Shown piece by piece: positions 1 to 12,826 of a stretch of DNA of 64,000 nucleotides (within the stretch, counting starts at the first letter, position 1; every line of letters starts with the position of its first letter). The stretch is from positions 159,902 to 223,901 of the forward strand of contig MU058532.1 of the NCBI GenBank assembly GCA_013265495.1. The letters run 5' to 3'. The notes beneath the pieces were generated by a model. It ran no database searches, was not told the DNA's origin, and was given only the letters and a program-made list of their open reading frames with translations. Position numbers and translations under genes: made by a program. The DNA comes from Vicugna vicugna. Taxonomy: Eukaryota.

Positions 1-1235
1 ATTTTTCAACATTTAAATTTATGTATTTAATTATGTTACTTTCAAGGAAACCCAAGAAAGGCAAATCCCATTTATCATGTGACTTCTGGATTTCCTTGCT
101 TATCATCAAATGTCTCTGGAAGCAGGGGTGCCACCCCTACTTCGTTTGAGAAACAACAAGCTCCAGGAAAAGTCCCCGCTCCTCAGTGAGGCGCTGGAGG
201 GCCTCCCCGACCCTGCCTTGCCAGTGGTCCTGCTACGGACATTGGGGCCTCGCCCCTCCAACCTTTGCCCCATTCTTGTTCTTCTTTCCCCCTGGAAGTC
301 TCCTGTCCCCTGAGATGGGTCCTCTTGGGTGTCTGGTGTCATTTCCTCCTGAGCACACCTCTCCTGACCCTGCCTCTATTTGGTATCAGTCACTCCATGT
401 CCATTCTGTCTTTTCACTCTGAATTTGCATCCTTGACACCAGGGCATGCCATGGGAAGGAAGCTGACTCCTTGCACCTGGTGATGCTCTGGGATGATCAG
501 CCCTATGGAGTGGAGAGGTCGGCGGCCAGGGGCACAGCTGGACCTGGCGGGGCGGGTGAGGGGCTCGCTGCCCGTCGCCCTGCACCCGCAGTTCCCGCTC
601 CAGCAGCATGGTGGGGCGAACTGGGCGGTAACGCGCGGCCCGTGCTGCCTCTGCACCCCAGCCCTCGGGATGCTCCGTGCTCTCCCGCTGACTCTGGGCG
701 CCTCCCTCTGGGAAGGGCTGGCTTGGGCCAGCAGGATACTGCGAGGAGGCAGAGCCTCTGGGATGGGGGTCCACCCTGGGTGGTACCCAGCTGGCGACGG
801 GCAGGTTGACTAGGGGTCCTCACATCTTGTGGTTCCTTTCTGGAAAGCAGAGGTCTCTGTATACTTCCAAACAGTAGCCTCTTCATGTCATCTTGGGCCT
901 GAAAGCTGCAGGGAGTGTACTTTGCCACTTAAAAGCTATTTGGCCCCAGAGGAGCAGCTGCACTGGTCTAGGCCTGGGTGGCCTCACCTGAAGAAACTAG
1001 AGATGCAACAGAGATGCTACTAAGAGGACTTAATAGAAGGTGAAGGTAGGATGTTCAGGGTGAAATGTGGGCACACAGGTGCCCCTGCTCCACTCCTGGG
1101 GTCTCTAGAACAAGGGCCAGAACTCCACAGTGACCTTGCCTTTGCCAGGACCCCCGTGGGGGCCACCACCCTGCAGGTGTTGTGCGCCGTCCCCTAGGAC
1201 CTCAGAGCACTGTGGGCCGGGAGCCAGGCAGGCTG

Positions 1236-1553
1236 GGCAAAGCCAGGCCTCCTAGGCATGTATGGTGCCCTGATCATCTGAGCTTCAACCATGTCCGGGA
1301 AGCACAAGGAAGCTCCTGCAACTTTTCCCGAGCCTTCCTTGGGACTTTTGAGCACTGCAATTTCCCGGGTCATCTCTGCTCTGCAACCAGCCCGCTTTGT
1401 TGGAGGAGGGGGCTAAGGAGAGGGGAGGAGGACTGGCTTCTCAGCTCTCCTTGCACATGTGCAGGTGTGTACCCTACTGCCTACAAACTGGAAAAGAAGG
1501 CAACTTTCCTTTGCTGCATGGTGCTTGAGGTGTGTGAGGGAGGGAGTGTGTGT
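1236..1553 (+). repeat. 318-bp direct repeat, copy 1 (copy 2 at 2335-2652)
   Basis: GGCAAAGCCAGGCCTCCTAGG...GGGAGTGTGTGT recurs at offset 1099; one visible mismatch (TGCACATGT vs TGCAGATGT). Confidence 0.95.
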
Positions 1554-2334
1554 TCTCACTTAATATTGCTTGAAACTGGTTTCTAGGTGATTGAATGAGA
1601 GGCTTCCTGTTTACATTTCACTTTGATAATTGCCATTACAACAGGCTGGAGTGACTCGGAGCTCCAGCCAGAACCTCGGAGAAACTGGGTGTCTGCAGGC
1701 TCCCCTGGTTTTGAACTAGCACTGCCTGAGCTCTGCCTGGGATGCCTGGAGGAGAGGGCGCCAGCACTCCTCCCCCATCGGGCTGGCGACATCTCAGTCC
1801 CGCATCCTTACCTCCCACGCTGCCTTCACACTTGGCTTCTCAAACCTGGACTTTGATTTCCTGCCTCCCACCCTCCTCACCCTGCCTCTGCCCAGAAGAC
1901 TTCTGCTTGCTGTTGGTTTCCTGGTTTTCTCCCACCCCACGCCTAGCCCCAAATCTCCCAGAAGGCGGGCCCCGAGTTCTCCATCAGCCAATCCTGAGGG
2001 GCTCCAAGCATGCTTCCCAACCTATCCACCCCTCATTTCTCTCCAGGATCCCAGCATAAGCTTTGCCTGCCCCACAGATCTACCAGCATTTTTTGGAGCC
2101 TGAGCATTGCTCCGTATTAGCTGTCCCTCCGCCTGTGTCACTGCGGGCCTCCCCACAGCCTTCCCTGAAACTCCCGGAAGCCTTCCCTTCCAACTGCCCT
2201 TTGCACTAACACACTGGCCACACGGGGCCACGGCCAGCCAGCCTCTACCTACTGCCTTCCTGTGTGTTCCCTAACTGTTCCTGCGCTTGGACCTTGCCTG
2301 CTCAGCCAGACCGAGAGCTCTTGGAAGTCAGGCA

Positions 2335-2652
2335 GGCAAAGCCAGGCCTCCTAGGCATGTATGGTGCCCTGATCATCTGAGCTTCAACCATGTCCGGGAA
2401 GCACAAGGAAGCTCCTGCAACTTTTCCCGAGCCTTCCTTGGGACTTTTGAGCACTGCAATTTCCCGGGTCATCTCTGCTCTGCAACCAGCCCGCTTTGTT
2501 GGAGGAGGGGGCTAAGGAGAGGGGAGGAGGACTGGCTTCTCAGCTCTCCTTGCAGATGTGCAGGTGTGTACCCTACTGCCTACAAACTGGAAAAGAAGGC
2601 AACTTTCCTTTGCTGCATGGTGCTTGAGGTGTGTGAGGGAGGGAGTGTGTGT
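2335..2652 (+). repeat. 318-bp direct repeat, copy 2, ending at an assembly gap
   Basis: Near-identical to 1236-1553; ends exactly where the N run begins. Confidence 0.95.
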
Positions 2653-2701
2653 NNNNNNNNNNNNNNNNNNNNNNNNNNNNNNNNNNNNNNNNNNNNNNNN
2701 N
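2653..2701. other. Assembly gap (N run)
   Basis: Run of N. Confidence 1.
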
Positions 2702-4081
2702 AGCAGCCCGGGGCCATCCGGCAGGGGCACAGGGCCACACCCAGACCAGCCGTGCCCTCTAAGCCCGGCGTCACTGTGCAGCTCAACCTGGACACGGAGG
2801 TGCATAATGATTAACCTTGAATCACGAAGAAAAGTCAAATGATATTCAAATGACCCTGTTTAAGAAGTTGAGGAAGCACCTTGTTCATTTTAAGTTAGTT
2901 TCCCTCCAAAACAGTTAGAACTTATTTTAGGAGGCTTAAAAGAAGACTTTGTTAAGTAGAAAACCGAGCGGTAGCTTCCATGTCTGGTTTCCTAAGTCCT
3001 TTGTACAGACCGTAAATTGGAAGAAGCCAGCCTGCAGCTAACGGGCTGCCCTGCCTCAGACCAGAGTAGGATCCTGTTTCACTCCAGGGAGCAGCCAGTC
3101 CAGAGTGAGGGGCCAGGGAGGTCCTGGGCCCCAGAATACCTGTCTCCCCACAGCACCCAGCTTTGCCCAGTAAACCCTGGGGTCAGTATCCTGGTGGCGG
3201 GTGGAGTGAGGAACCACACTTATCCCGTGGGCAGGTCCTGACCTCCGGGCTCCAAGAGTTGCTTTCGGTGCCCACAGTCTGGCCCCATAAGAATTTTAAC
3301 CACTAACATCTGGGTTCAGGAGACTCCAGAAGAGCACATGTCTTCACCTCCTTTGATTCCCTTCACACTGAGGGCTTTTTAAATTTTAATTTGAGGTGAC
3401 CTCTGCCCTGAGTACCCATTCCCATAGATTTCAGATATTTCCTGTGCCCTCAGATAACCTCCCAAGCCAGCCCCTACCTGACCAGAAGCCTCTGCTAAGG
3501 GGACACTGCCTCTCCCAAACACAGCCTGAGCTGGGCTGGGAGCCCCCGGCCTCAGATTCGCTCCAAGTACCCCCGTCCTCTCCCAAGGGCCAAAGACACC
3601 TGCAGTTGTAACAAATATCCCCCCAGGGCTCAGCCCAGCTGCCCAAGAAGCCAGGGCTGCAGGCACCCTTGGTCCCCTGCTGTTGCCATCTCCAATAACA
3701 GCCTTAGAACCATCAGTGGAGAACCTGCCTGGATCAGGCAGCCTGGTCGCCCAAGAATAATTGCCCTAACTCAAGGATGAGAGAGCTGATGCTGGAGAAG
3801 GAATGGGACATCAATCGTGCTCAACCAGTGCCAGTGCGCACCAGAGCTGGGCCATGAGTAAGGACCCCTCTCGGTGAGAGGCATAAGCTGCGGGCACAGG
3901 GCTGCTTGGTCTTGGGGCTGCTGGAGCAGGGGTGAGTCCACGTGGCTGGTGAGCCTGAGAGGCTGAAGTCCTTTCACCGGGGTGTAGCCTGCCCATCTCA
4001 GCACGGTGACTGGTGTGGCAAAGCACCAAGGGTCTCAGCAAAAGCCGCAGGGGGCAGAGAAGGGACAAGCAGGAGAGGGAT

Positions 4082-4678
4082 TGTCACCTGAAAACTGAGT
4101 TCGCCTCTTGGTGGGTGTCAAGGCAAAAGACACAAGCAAGCCAAAGATCGGGAGAAGGAAGGATTTATTACTTGCAACAAGGAAGGAGAATATTGGGGAT
4201 CTTTCCCAAAGCTTTGTCTCCCTGAACAGCAAAACTGGGGAAGTCTGAAGCTAAGGGTACACACATATTCATGAATCAGGGGCTGGAGCAGAGGAGAATT
4301 CAGCATAGAATTGGGGCCAAGCTGGACAGAGCCCAAGCTTCACTTGACAGAAGACAGGATGGTTGTCATCATTCCACCCTCCACCTGGGTGGGGGTCTTA
4401 TCTTCTATAGAACTCAAAGGCTGTATCAGATGGTTAGGTCTATCCCTTGAGGAAGAACTAGGTCTCTGTTTTGTGGCTTGTTTCTTGACTGCTTTTCCTT
4501 TGTTCCTGCAGAACTTTACTTCCCTTAAGATCTTAAATTACTGAGACCTGTTCCAAGGGCAAACATTGTGGCCAAGCTTAGATCACAAAATGGCTTAGGC
4601 CAAAAATGGTTTCTTTTATTTCAAGTAAGCCATGCCTGCTTCTATCTCTGGGGGATCCCCCTATCCTATCTGCTTACA
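4082..4678 (-). mobile_element. Solo LTR, ERV1-type
   Basis: TG...CA termini (TGTCACC...GCTTACA); 4-bp TSD GGAT at 4078-4081 and 4679-4682; TTTATT (AATAAA on minus) near 4164. Confidence 0.8.
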
Positions 4679-5941
4679 GGATGGGAAGGAGCAGGGCCAG
4701 TCAGACCCTCAGCCTCCACCCTGTTCTTTCCAAGCAGCCTTTGGACTAAACTGGGGAGCTGTCTCTCTGTGGGTCCCCACTGTGTGTCCAGCACTGTGCT
4801 AAGCTAAGCTGTGTGGATGGGGAGTTTCCGATCGCTGCCTTCGAGGCACTAAGAGACCTGCAGAGGAGCAGGGACACATGTGTGTGTGTAGCCCAGGACT
4901 GGGGCCTGAACTGAGAGGGGCAGAGTGGGGCAGACTGGGAACGCTCCTTGCAGGTGGGAACTTTCCAGCAGGGCCTGGTGACACAGAGACCTCCCATAAG
5001 TCACCCGCATGCCGCAGGTTGGGGCCCACAGCTATCACAGCACCGAAGCCGCTCCCAACAGGCACCTGTGGCTCTCCAGAGCCCAGAGACTAGAATATTC
5101 AGCCAGAGCCATGGGGTGGCCCCCTGCCCCTTCCCTAGGCCAGAGGCTAAATGGTACCACAGGGCAGCCTTGCCAGCCCCAACCCTAGCCCCTTTGCCAG
5201 CCCCAGGCTTCTCGCCAATGGTTTGCCCACATGACCCCTGTTAAAGCCTCCCCTGCTCCCATCCCCTCCTCGTCATGCCCAGTGACTCACCCTGCCTTCC
5301 CAGGCCCAGCTCACCACAGCTGACAGCACCGGCCCCCACCCCTTCTCAGCCAACCCTAGTGAGCCTTCTCTCTCCTCTGATCCCTCTTCCTACTCAAAGT
5401 CAAGAAGGCTGGAGCTAGGAAGGACCTTAGGGAGTATCTGGGGCAGCCTCACTTCAGAGCTGGGGACACCCAGACCCTAAGAGGGCCGCAAGGAATTCAT
5501 TCCAGTTCGTAGGCTGATGCCTTTAGAATGCGGCTCTTTGACCGAAAAGGGCTGATTTAGGGCTGTGTTGGGATGCCAGGGGAACAATCACTGCTCTGCC
5601 AGTAACTAAGATCTTACCCCTTACACCTGCCCAGCGGGGCCCAGAAACCAGGGCCGAGGCTCCCCAGGGCCATGGTTGCCCGGCACTGAGGATCACCCAG
5701 CCCCTTCCCACCACCCAGGTTGGAAGTGGCCAATCCTTCCTCACAGAGATCAGTCGTTTCAGAGAAAGTGAAGGATAGAAGGGCAGGAGCAGATGAAATC
5801 CTGCAGCCTCAGAGACAGTGAGTGGGTGAGGGTCCGACCCTCCAAGTACCCGGAGGTGACAAGGAGAGGCAGACAGGAGCCAAGTGTTCCCCAGTCCTCA
5901 GAGAATGCCTTGTGCTTCGTGAGGTAAGAACATCCATGGAG

Positions 5942-6120
5942 CAGTGGTTTTCAAAGAGTGACGCTGATCTGACAGCATCAGCAATGCTTGGGAATCTGTT
6001 AGAAATACAAATTACAAATCCTCTGGCTCCACCCCAAACCCAGCAAGTCAGACTCTTTGAGATAGAGCCAGTCCAGCCCTCCAGATGATTTGCATGCATG
6101 CTCAAGTTTGGAAAACACTG
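5942..6120. mobile_element. MER5A-like hAT-Charlie DNA transposon remnant
   Basis: Termini CAGTGGTTTTCAAA...TTTGGAAAACACTG; internal CAGCATCAGC...TGTTAGAAAT typical of MER5A. Confidence 0.7.
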
Positions 6121-9100
6121 CCATAAAGAACAGCCAAAGTGAATAGCAGGTCTGAGACCTGGTCAGCACTGCCAGTCCTGGTCCCCAGTGGGGCTCACTG
6201 ACAGCCCCACAAGCCCAGTCTGCTTGCCTTTTCTGTGATCCCCTCCCACCAAATCAGGCAGGACTCCTGCAGGCAGGACAACCCAAAGGGGCCTTGAATA
6301 AGCCTCATGACCTGATGAGATGTGTCCTGTAGGCAGACAAGCCCAGAGGCACAACCCGCATCCTTCTGCCCCTGTCCATTTGCAATGTTGCCTCTGTCCA
6401 TACAAACAGAATTCCACCTCAGTTTCCTTGCATCACACTCCAGGTCCCCGCTGACCTTAGAACAATGCCCTGGACCTCAGCCTACTCCACTGGGCCCTGT
6501 ACCATGCCGTGCAGGGGCCTGGTCTCCTCTGGAGTACCACAGCCTCATCCTGCACCCCTAGTGCTAGCTGAGGCCCTTTGTAGACAAACAACCATCCACA
6601 GCTGTACTGCAGCCACCCAGGGCCTCCGTGTACAAATGTGTGGGCTGTTAACTGAACAGCTAGACAAAGAAGCCAGTGGAAGGATAAAATCCAGCTCACA
6701 TTCCCCTCACCAATGTTTCCTGGTGCAAGGTGGCATCCACCCAGTTGGGGCACGTTTTTATAATTTGCATAGATGCGTTATATGGGCTAGTGCTTGAGTA
6801 TCACAGCCCTCTTCCCCGAGGTTCCTCTGTTTCTGAGCTGGACTTACACTTGTCTTCCCCAAGTCCACACCAGCTGGACCTCCCCATCTCTTCATGTCTT
6901 CACCATCTAGGACCCCACCCTCCCATACTGGCCAACACACATGCCCTAATTGTCTCCTTTCTTTGGAGCCTCTTGGCTGGATCAGTTGTCCCACCTTTTC
7001 TTTCTTTACTACTAGTCTCACCGACTCACCTGTCATGTTTAAGATGACATAATAACAAGCAGACAAAACATCTTTGTCCATTGGAGTTTGAGGCCATTTC
7101 ATCACATCTCCTAAGACATTCCACTCATAGATGTGCTGGAAAGGCCTTCCTTATACAGCCTTCTTGATGTTTCTGCCCTTGTTCCTTCTGCACATTAGGA
7201 GCGCTGGGCTCCCCCTGCTGCAGGGCAGCCCTCTGAGACTTGGAGACCATGTTCCATGCCTGGATCACCTGGATCTTCTCTTCCCCACTCCTTTCTCTAG
7301 TCCCCTGTGGCTTGGTCTCTCCCATCACTGCAAGCCAAGCTCTGCTATGTTGATTCTGCTAACTGATTTTTTCCAGACAACTGCACACACACCAATAGGC
7401 ACCTAACTTTTCTGTTTTACATCTTGGGTTAAGAAAAATCTTTCCCAAACATAGAATATTCCTCTCCACCTCCTGAAACAGCTGAAAACAAACATCATGT
7501 AGCCTTTTCTTGGGGCCTCTAGATAATAATTACTTTTTGAGCCACTGTAAAAGCATTCACAATAATTCAAGTAATTACATAATCACTGTAGAAAAAGATG
7601 GAAAATATAGATAAATGAAAAGAAAAAGCATGGTATCACCTGATATCTTACCAGCCAGAGGCAATGAGTAATGACTTTTTGTTATATAATTTTCTGGCCT
7701 TTTTCCTAAGCAAATACACTTCACCAGTCTGGGGCATAAAGTCAGTCACTCTTACTTATTCAATAATTGCTTGAGCTCCTAGTGCCCATATGAACAGGAA
7801 GCCTCATTCCACGCCCACTTTTCCACGCCCACCCCCCGGGGAAATTGGGAGCACACTTAGGCCTACGAGTAATTCTGCAAATGGCTATTGGAGAAAAACT
7901 GGAAAATTAAGAGGTCCTGATTTCATGGTTTCTGGCACAGCACTAAGGTGTCTGTGGAAAACTGTCTCACCAAGTCTGCTGGGATCATGTCTCGCTGGGT
8001 CTGCCTCTCGCCTGGTCTGCAGAGGGGCCCCAAGTCAGGCTCCAAGGTTACCGCTCTTGTAGCTCACACTTCTAAGTTTAGCCGCGTTCCCAAGCAGAGG
8101 GCCACCATGGCAGAGGCAGCTGAGTCTGGGAAGCCTCCATCCTCAGCCACACCCCAGGCCCAGGCCCTGAGGTTAACTGGGTCACCAATTCTGACCCCTC
8201 CTTTCTTCCCAGCTCCATCCCCTCGCAGGCAGTGGGCCTCTCCTGCTGGGACACTTCATCAGAGAAATTCCAGCTTCCACATGGAAGAGGATTTTGTCTC
8301 CATCCCTTTCTTCCCAGGTATTCCTCAGTCCCAGCTCTCTGCTCCTTCATGTGTGTGTTTAGAGGGGCCAGACTTCGTCAGGACACACAGGAATCCATAC
8401 CTAACTTTCCTCTGGGAAATCCAGGTCCACTAGCCGAACCTGTGGATAACCAGGAGCACCACCCAAGAGACAGTTCCCTGAAAAAAGAAGTCAGTTCTTA
8501 CCCAGTTGTCCAGATAAAGAAGGAGCTGATAGGAACTTTCATTAAAGTGATCTGACCTGTCAGGCTACCGGAACCAGCAAATTTGCCACACACACCTTGT
8601 CCAGATGAGGATTCTAAGATCATCCACTTACTTCTTAAGGGACTGAAGCTCCAACCTCCAGCACTGAAGATTTCATCGCAAAGCAGTTTCCTCCATGCAC
8701 TGATACATCAGGAATTCCTCTCTTGCTGGGAGGAATGGAGTGCACCCTCTGGCCCTGTCCTCGGGCACAGAACCTAGTGATGACCTTAACAGGGAAGATT
8801 TTGTTTCCAGGCAAGAGGCAGCCATGCTGTGTCCCTTGCTGCCCTCCTCCACCACCGCGTATACAAGGGGTGGGCACTTTGGTGTGCATTTGTGTGTTGA
8901 TGTTCTGAGATAATTTGAGATAATTAAATCTTTTTCCCAGGTTGAAAGAAGAGGAGAATGAAGGGGGCCAGAGTGCCGGGGTCTGCTTTCCACTTTCTTC
9001 TCTTCTTCCCAGCATCCCACCCTGCAGCAGACTATTTGTTTGGCATTAGGGTGCCCCTATACACCCCACTGCGTTCTGCCAGGGAACACAGTCCATAGCT

Positions 9101-9725
9101 GGGGGAGGAGAGGGTCTGCATCTTCCTTCCCCCACACCAGTCCTTGGGCCAGCATTTTCTGCTTTGGGGGTCAAAGGACACAGAGTGCAGGGGCCTGACC
9201 CAGTGCTGGCTGCCAGCCCCAGCCTCAGGGTAGAGGAGCACTCACGCACGGTGGCTGGCCCAGACTCTCATGCTCATGGCCAGACACACCTAGCAGTTGT
9301 GGGGCCTCAGGCTGGGTGGGACAGGTGTTTATCTCATCTGACAAGCTCCGCCAGGCAGCAGAAGGAGAGAAGAGGCATGAACAATGGCACCTCCTTGATC
9401 CGGAAGCTGAAGGAGGAGCGGAGGCCCGGGGCCTCCCTGAGAGGTAGAAACTTACAGGGGAGTGGCCTGGACACTGTGGGGCTGGGCAGGGCACCAAGGC
9501 AGGCTTCCTGGAGCCTCCTGGCTCACAAAAGAGCAGTGGGAACAGAACTGTGCAAACAACCCTCAGGGGACCTTGAAATGCCAGTCTGCTTAGGGTGCTG
9601 GGGAAGCCCTCGCTACCCCCACTTCCCACCCGTGGCTGCTACAGAACTTTCAAGCAGGAGGGTGAGGCAATGACTGGAGACAATAGACTTGCCTTGAAGC
9701 AGCTACTCCCCGGCAAGCACACATT

Positions 9726-9975
9726 AAAAAAAAATTTTTTTTTAATTGAAGTGTAGTTGATTAACAATGTCAGTTTCAGGTGCACAAGCAAAGCACACCA
9801 TTTTTTAAAAATTTGAAATATTGTTGACTTATAATGTTGTGTTAGTTTCTAGTGTACAGCATAGTGATTCACTTACACATTTATATATTCTTTTTCATAT
9901 TTTTTCATTACAGTTTATTACAAACTATTGAATATAGTTTCCCATGCTATATAGTAGGACCTTGTTGTTTATTTA
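9726..9975 (-). mobile_element. Two adjacent short L1 3'-end fragments
   Basis: Each starts with a T-run followed by TTGAA...TTGA...AATGT...AGTTTC...TG(C/T)ACA (L1 3' UTR, reverse strand); three similar target-site copies flank and separate them. Confidence 0.75.
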
Positions 9976-10269
9976 GCAAACACACAATTTGTATTTAAAT
10001 GGACAATCTTTGGAGTGGTCAGAAGGGAAGGCTTCTCATTATACATTCTATCTGCTTTCTCATTTCCCCAGTTTGGTCCTCCCCCAATTCCTCTGGCTCT
10101 GGCCTCCAGGCTCTCCTTTCCAATCTATCCCAGCTGGCTGCTTCCCTAATCTTCTTAGAGAACCAATTTTTTGGGGTGTCAGTGTTCTGCTCCAGAAACC
10201 TCAATGGCTCCCATTTGTGATGAGGTGAAGTTCAAATCTCAAAGCCTGCATTCAAGGTCTTCTGGGGTT

Positions 10270-10400
10270 AGGGCGACCACATAGTCCGGTTTCTCTGGGG
10301 CACTCTAGGTTATTACTGCTGTCCTGACATAACTACTAATAGCACCTTCTCTCATGTACAAAAGTGTTCCAGTTTGGACAATGAATTATGTGGTCACTTG
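10270..10400. mobile_element. MER81-like hAT DNA transposon remnant
   Basis: TAGGGCGACCACATAGTCCGGTTT...CCAGTTTGGACAATGAATTATGTGGTCAC with inverted termini. Confidence 0.6.
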
Positions 10401-10468
10401 CCTACAGTTCACTCCCCACCTAACGCTCCACGCTAACATCCAACCATCTCCCCTTGAATCTTCAAGTC

Positions 10469-10650
10469 AGTGGTTCTTAATTTTAGCAGCTCATTTGAGT
10501 CACCCAGGAGGCTTTGAATAAATGCTGCTGCTTGTGCTCACCCAAAAGTAGTTCAATTAAAACAAAATCTCTAGAGGTGGTGCCCAGGCTTTGGTATTTT
10601 TTGAAGCCTCCAGGTGACTCTTAGGGGCAGCCAGGGTGGAAAACAATTGA
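10469..10650. mobile_element. MER5-like DNA transposon remnant
   Basis: CAGTGGTTCTTAA start; CCAGGTGACTC...GCAGCCAGGGTGGAAAAC end. Confidence 0.55.
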
Positions 10651-11269
10651 CCTAAGTAAAAACAGGTGTCCTGGAACTCTGTCCCTGAGTCCATCTGTCA
10701 TTGACTTTTTGGTCACTTGTTCCCACTGTCTGTCATCCATGTACGTCCCACCCAAGCTGCCCCAAGCCCAGCTCCAGTGCTGCCTCCTCCTTCATCTTTC
10801 CCAACCCCTGAGCCAGAAGGGCCTCCCCCTCCACTCACCCCTGCCCACTCCCTGCACAGCTACCCTGTATTATGCTGGCTCCATGTTTTGCCTCCTTCAT
10901 AGTCTATGAGCTCTGTGGGTGGGTCATGTCTGACTCATCACCCTAGGGCCTAGACCCAACTTTTAGCAAAAGCCCTCACACCTGGCTAAGTGACTGTCAC
11001 TGCTAGTCCTGAGCTTAGGCAGCATCTCCACCACCCCACTGGGCACCCTGCTGCCTCTCCTGGTTAACTTTCTTTTCCTGTGTATGGCGTCTCATTCATT
11101 CATTCACTCATTCATTCATTCTGCTTTGTGCCAGATGCTATATTCCCCATCCCCTCTTCTTGATTCCCTGCACTACTAGAGAACTCATCTCCGTCTCCTG
11201 GGCAGCCCAGCAGACTGTCATGCACATAAATGGTACTCAGAAGATACTGATTAATAATCCACTGATTAA

Positions 11270-11655
11270 TAGTTAAACAAAACATGCATATCCGTGTAGT
11301 GGAATATTACTCAGCAACAAAAAAGAATGAAGTACTGATATATGCTACAAGATGGAAAACCTTGAAAAGAAGCCAGACACAAAAAGTCATAAATCATGGT
11401 AATTTCTAGGAATTATCCAGAATAGGCAAAGTCATAGAAACAGGAAATAGGTTAACAGTTGCCAGAGGCTGGGGGAAGGGAAAATCAGGACTGACTGCTA
11501 ACAGGTATGGGTTTCTCTGAGGGAGGTCAGAAATGTTCTGAAACTGGATAGTGTGATGGTTGCACAACCTTGTGAGTATATGAAAAACCACTGAACTGTT
11601 CATTTTCAGACGTTGAACTTTATGGCATTTGAATTACATCGCAATTAAAAAGAAA
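11270..11655 (+). mobile_element. Old L1 (L1MB/ME-like) 3' UTR fragment
   Basis: GGAATATTACTCAGCAACAAAAAAGAATGAAGTACTGATA...GTTGCCAGAGGCTGGGG...AAAACCACTGAACTG, ending in an A-rich tail. Confidence 0.8.
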
Positions 11656-12769
11656 TACTGTGGATAGGTTTATCCTACTTTACATTGTTCTCAAAATTTA
11701 ATATTCCCAAGAACCACCTGGAGTGTTTGCTAACAGTGCAGGTTCCTGGGCCTCACCCTGAAGCTTTGGATTCAGGGGATGAGGGCAGAGCCCAGGACTC
11801 TGCATTTGATGGCAGAATCTTAATGCCACTTCCCCCTGCCCCAAAGGACTTGGATCAGAGCCTTTCTGAGCCAACCTCAGAAGACAAATAAGACTTTTAA
11901 CCTATTATTTAAGGAAAAAAAGCTGAAGATTTCAAACACAAATGAAACTTTGTTTTTAGTCTGCTTCTTATTAAAAAAAGACTGGGACCCAAAGAAACCC
12001 CATCAGGGGTAGGTAATGAAGTAATCATGATCATAACAAAAGAACAAAATGGAAAAACTGCCTGGCCTCAAGCAAACTACAAAAAACTTGTCTTCTGCCT
12101 GCAGTGGTCAAGTCTGCCATTCAGTTGAAAATATCCCACTAGCCACATGGAGAGCTTAATTTAGGGGAGAATTAAACATTAGAAAACCTTTTCACTGCCC
12201 CTATACAAATACCCGCTTAGAGACACCCATGCCTACACAGCCAAAATTCTGATTATTGGTATGCACTCCATGATTAGGGCTTTCTTTGGAGTTACAAGGA
12301 AGCAGAGTTGTAAATCGGTATTAGAATATGATCAAAAGGAATGTCTGTATGCAATTACTTTCTTTTGAGACCAGCGTTCAGAGGCACGGGATTTAAAGCG
12401 CTGTCTTGGTCACGTGGTGTGCTCTTACATACCAACACGCACATGACTTTGGTCCCTGAGAAAGAAGGAAGACATAGGCCTGGGTTTCATCATTGTTACA
12501 GGATGGAGTCTTACACCAATAACTCAGAAAGGACCCTCTTCATCTCCCTTGGCTGCTCCTGAACCATTGCAACAGGAAGTCTTGCCAATAACCTCTTGCC
12601 CCTGGAAGGTAGCAGTTACTGTAATTTGAGAACAAACATCCCTGGCTGAACAGAAATTCACTTAACAAAACTCCAAATTGAATAAGGAGTAAATGAGAGG
12701 AAATAACATTCGTGATGCACGAATACTGAGTTCCTTGGGCTATAATGAGCAATTTCGCATGGATTTTCA

Positions 12770-12826
12770 AATTTCATTCAATGAGTCACCACAAAAACCC
12801 CACCGTAGAGGTATTACTATCCCCCT
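12770..12826. mobile_element. MIR fragment truncated by the satellite arm
   Basis: TTCATTCAATGAGTCACCACAAAAACCCCACCGTAGAGGTATTACTATCCCC resembles the MIR core and stops abruptly where the satellite begins. Confidence 0.5.
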
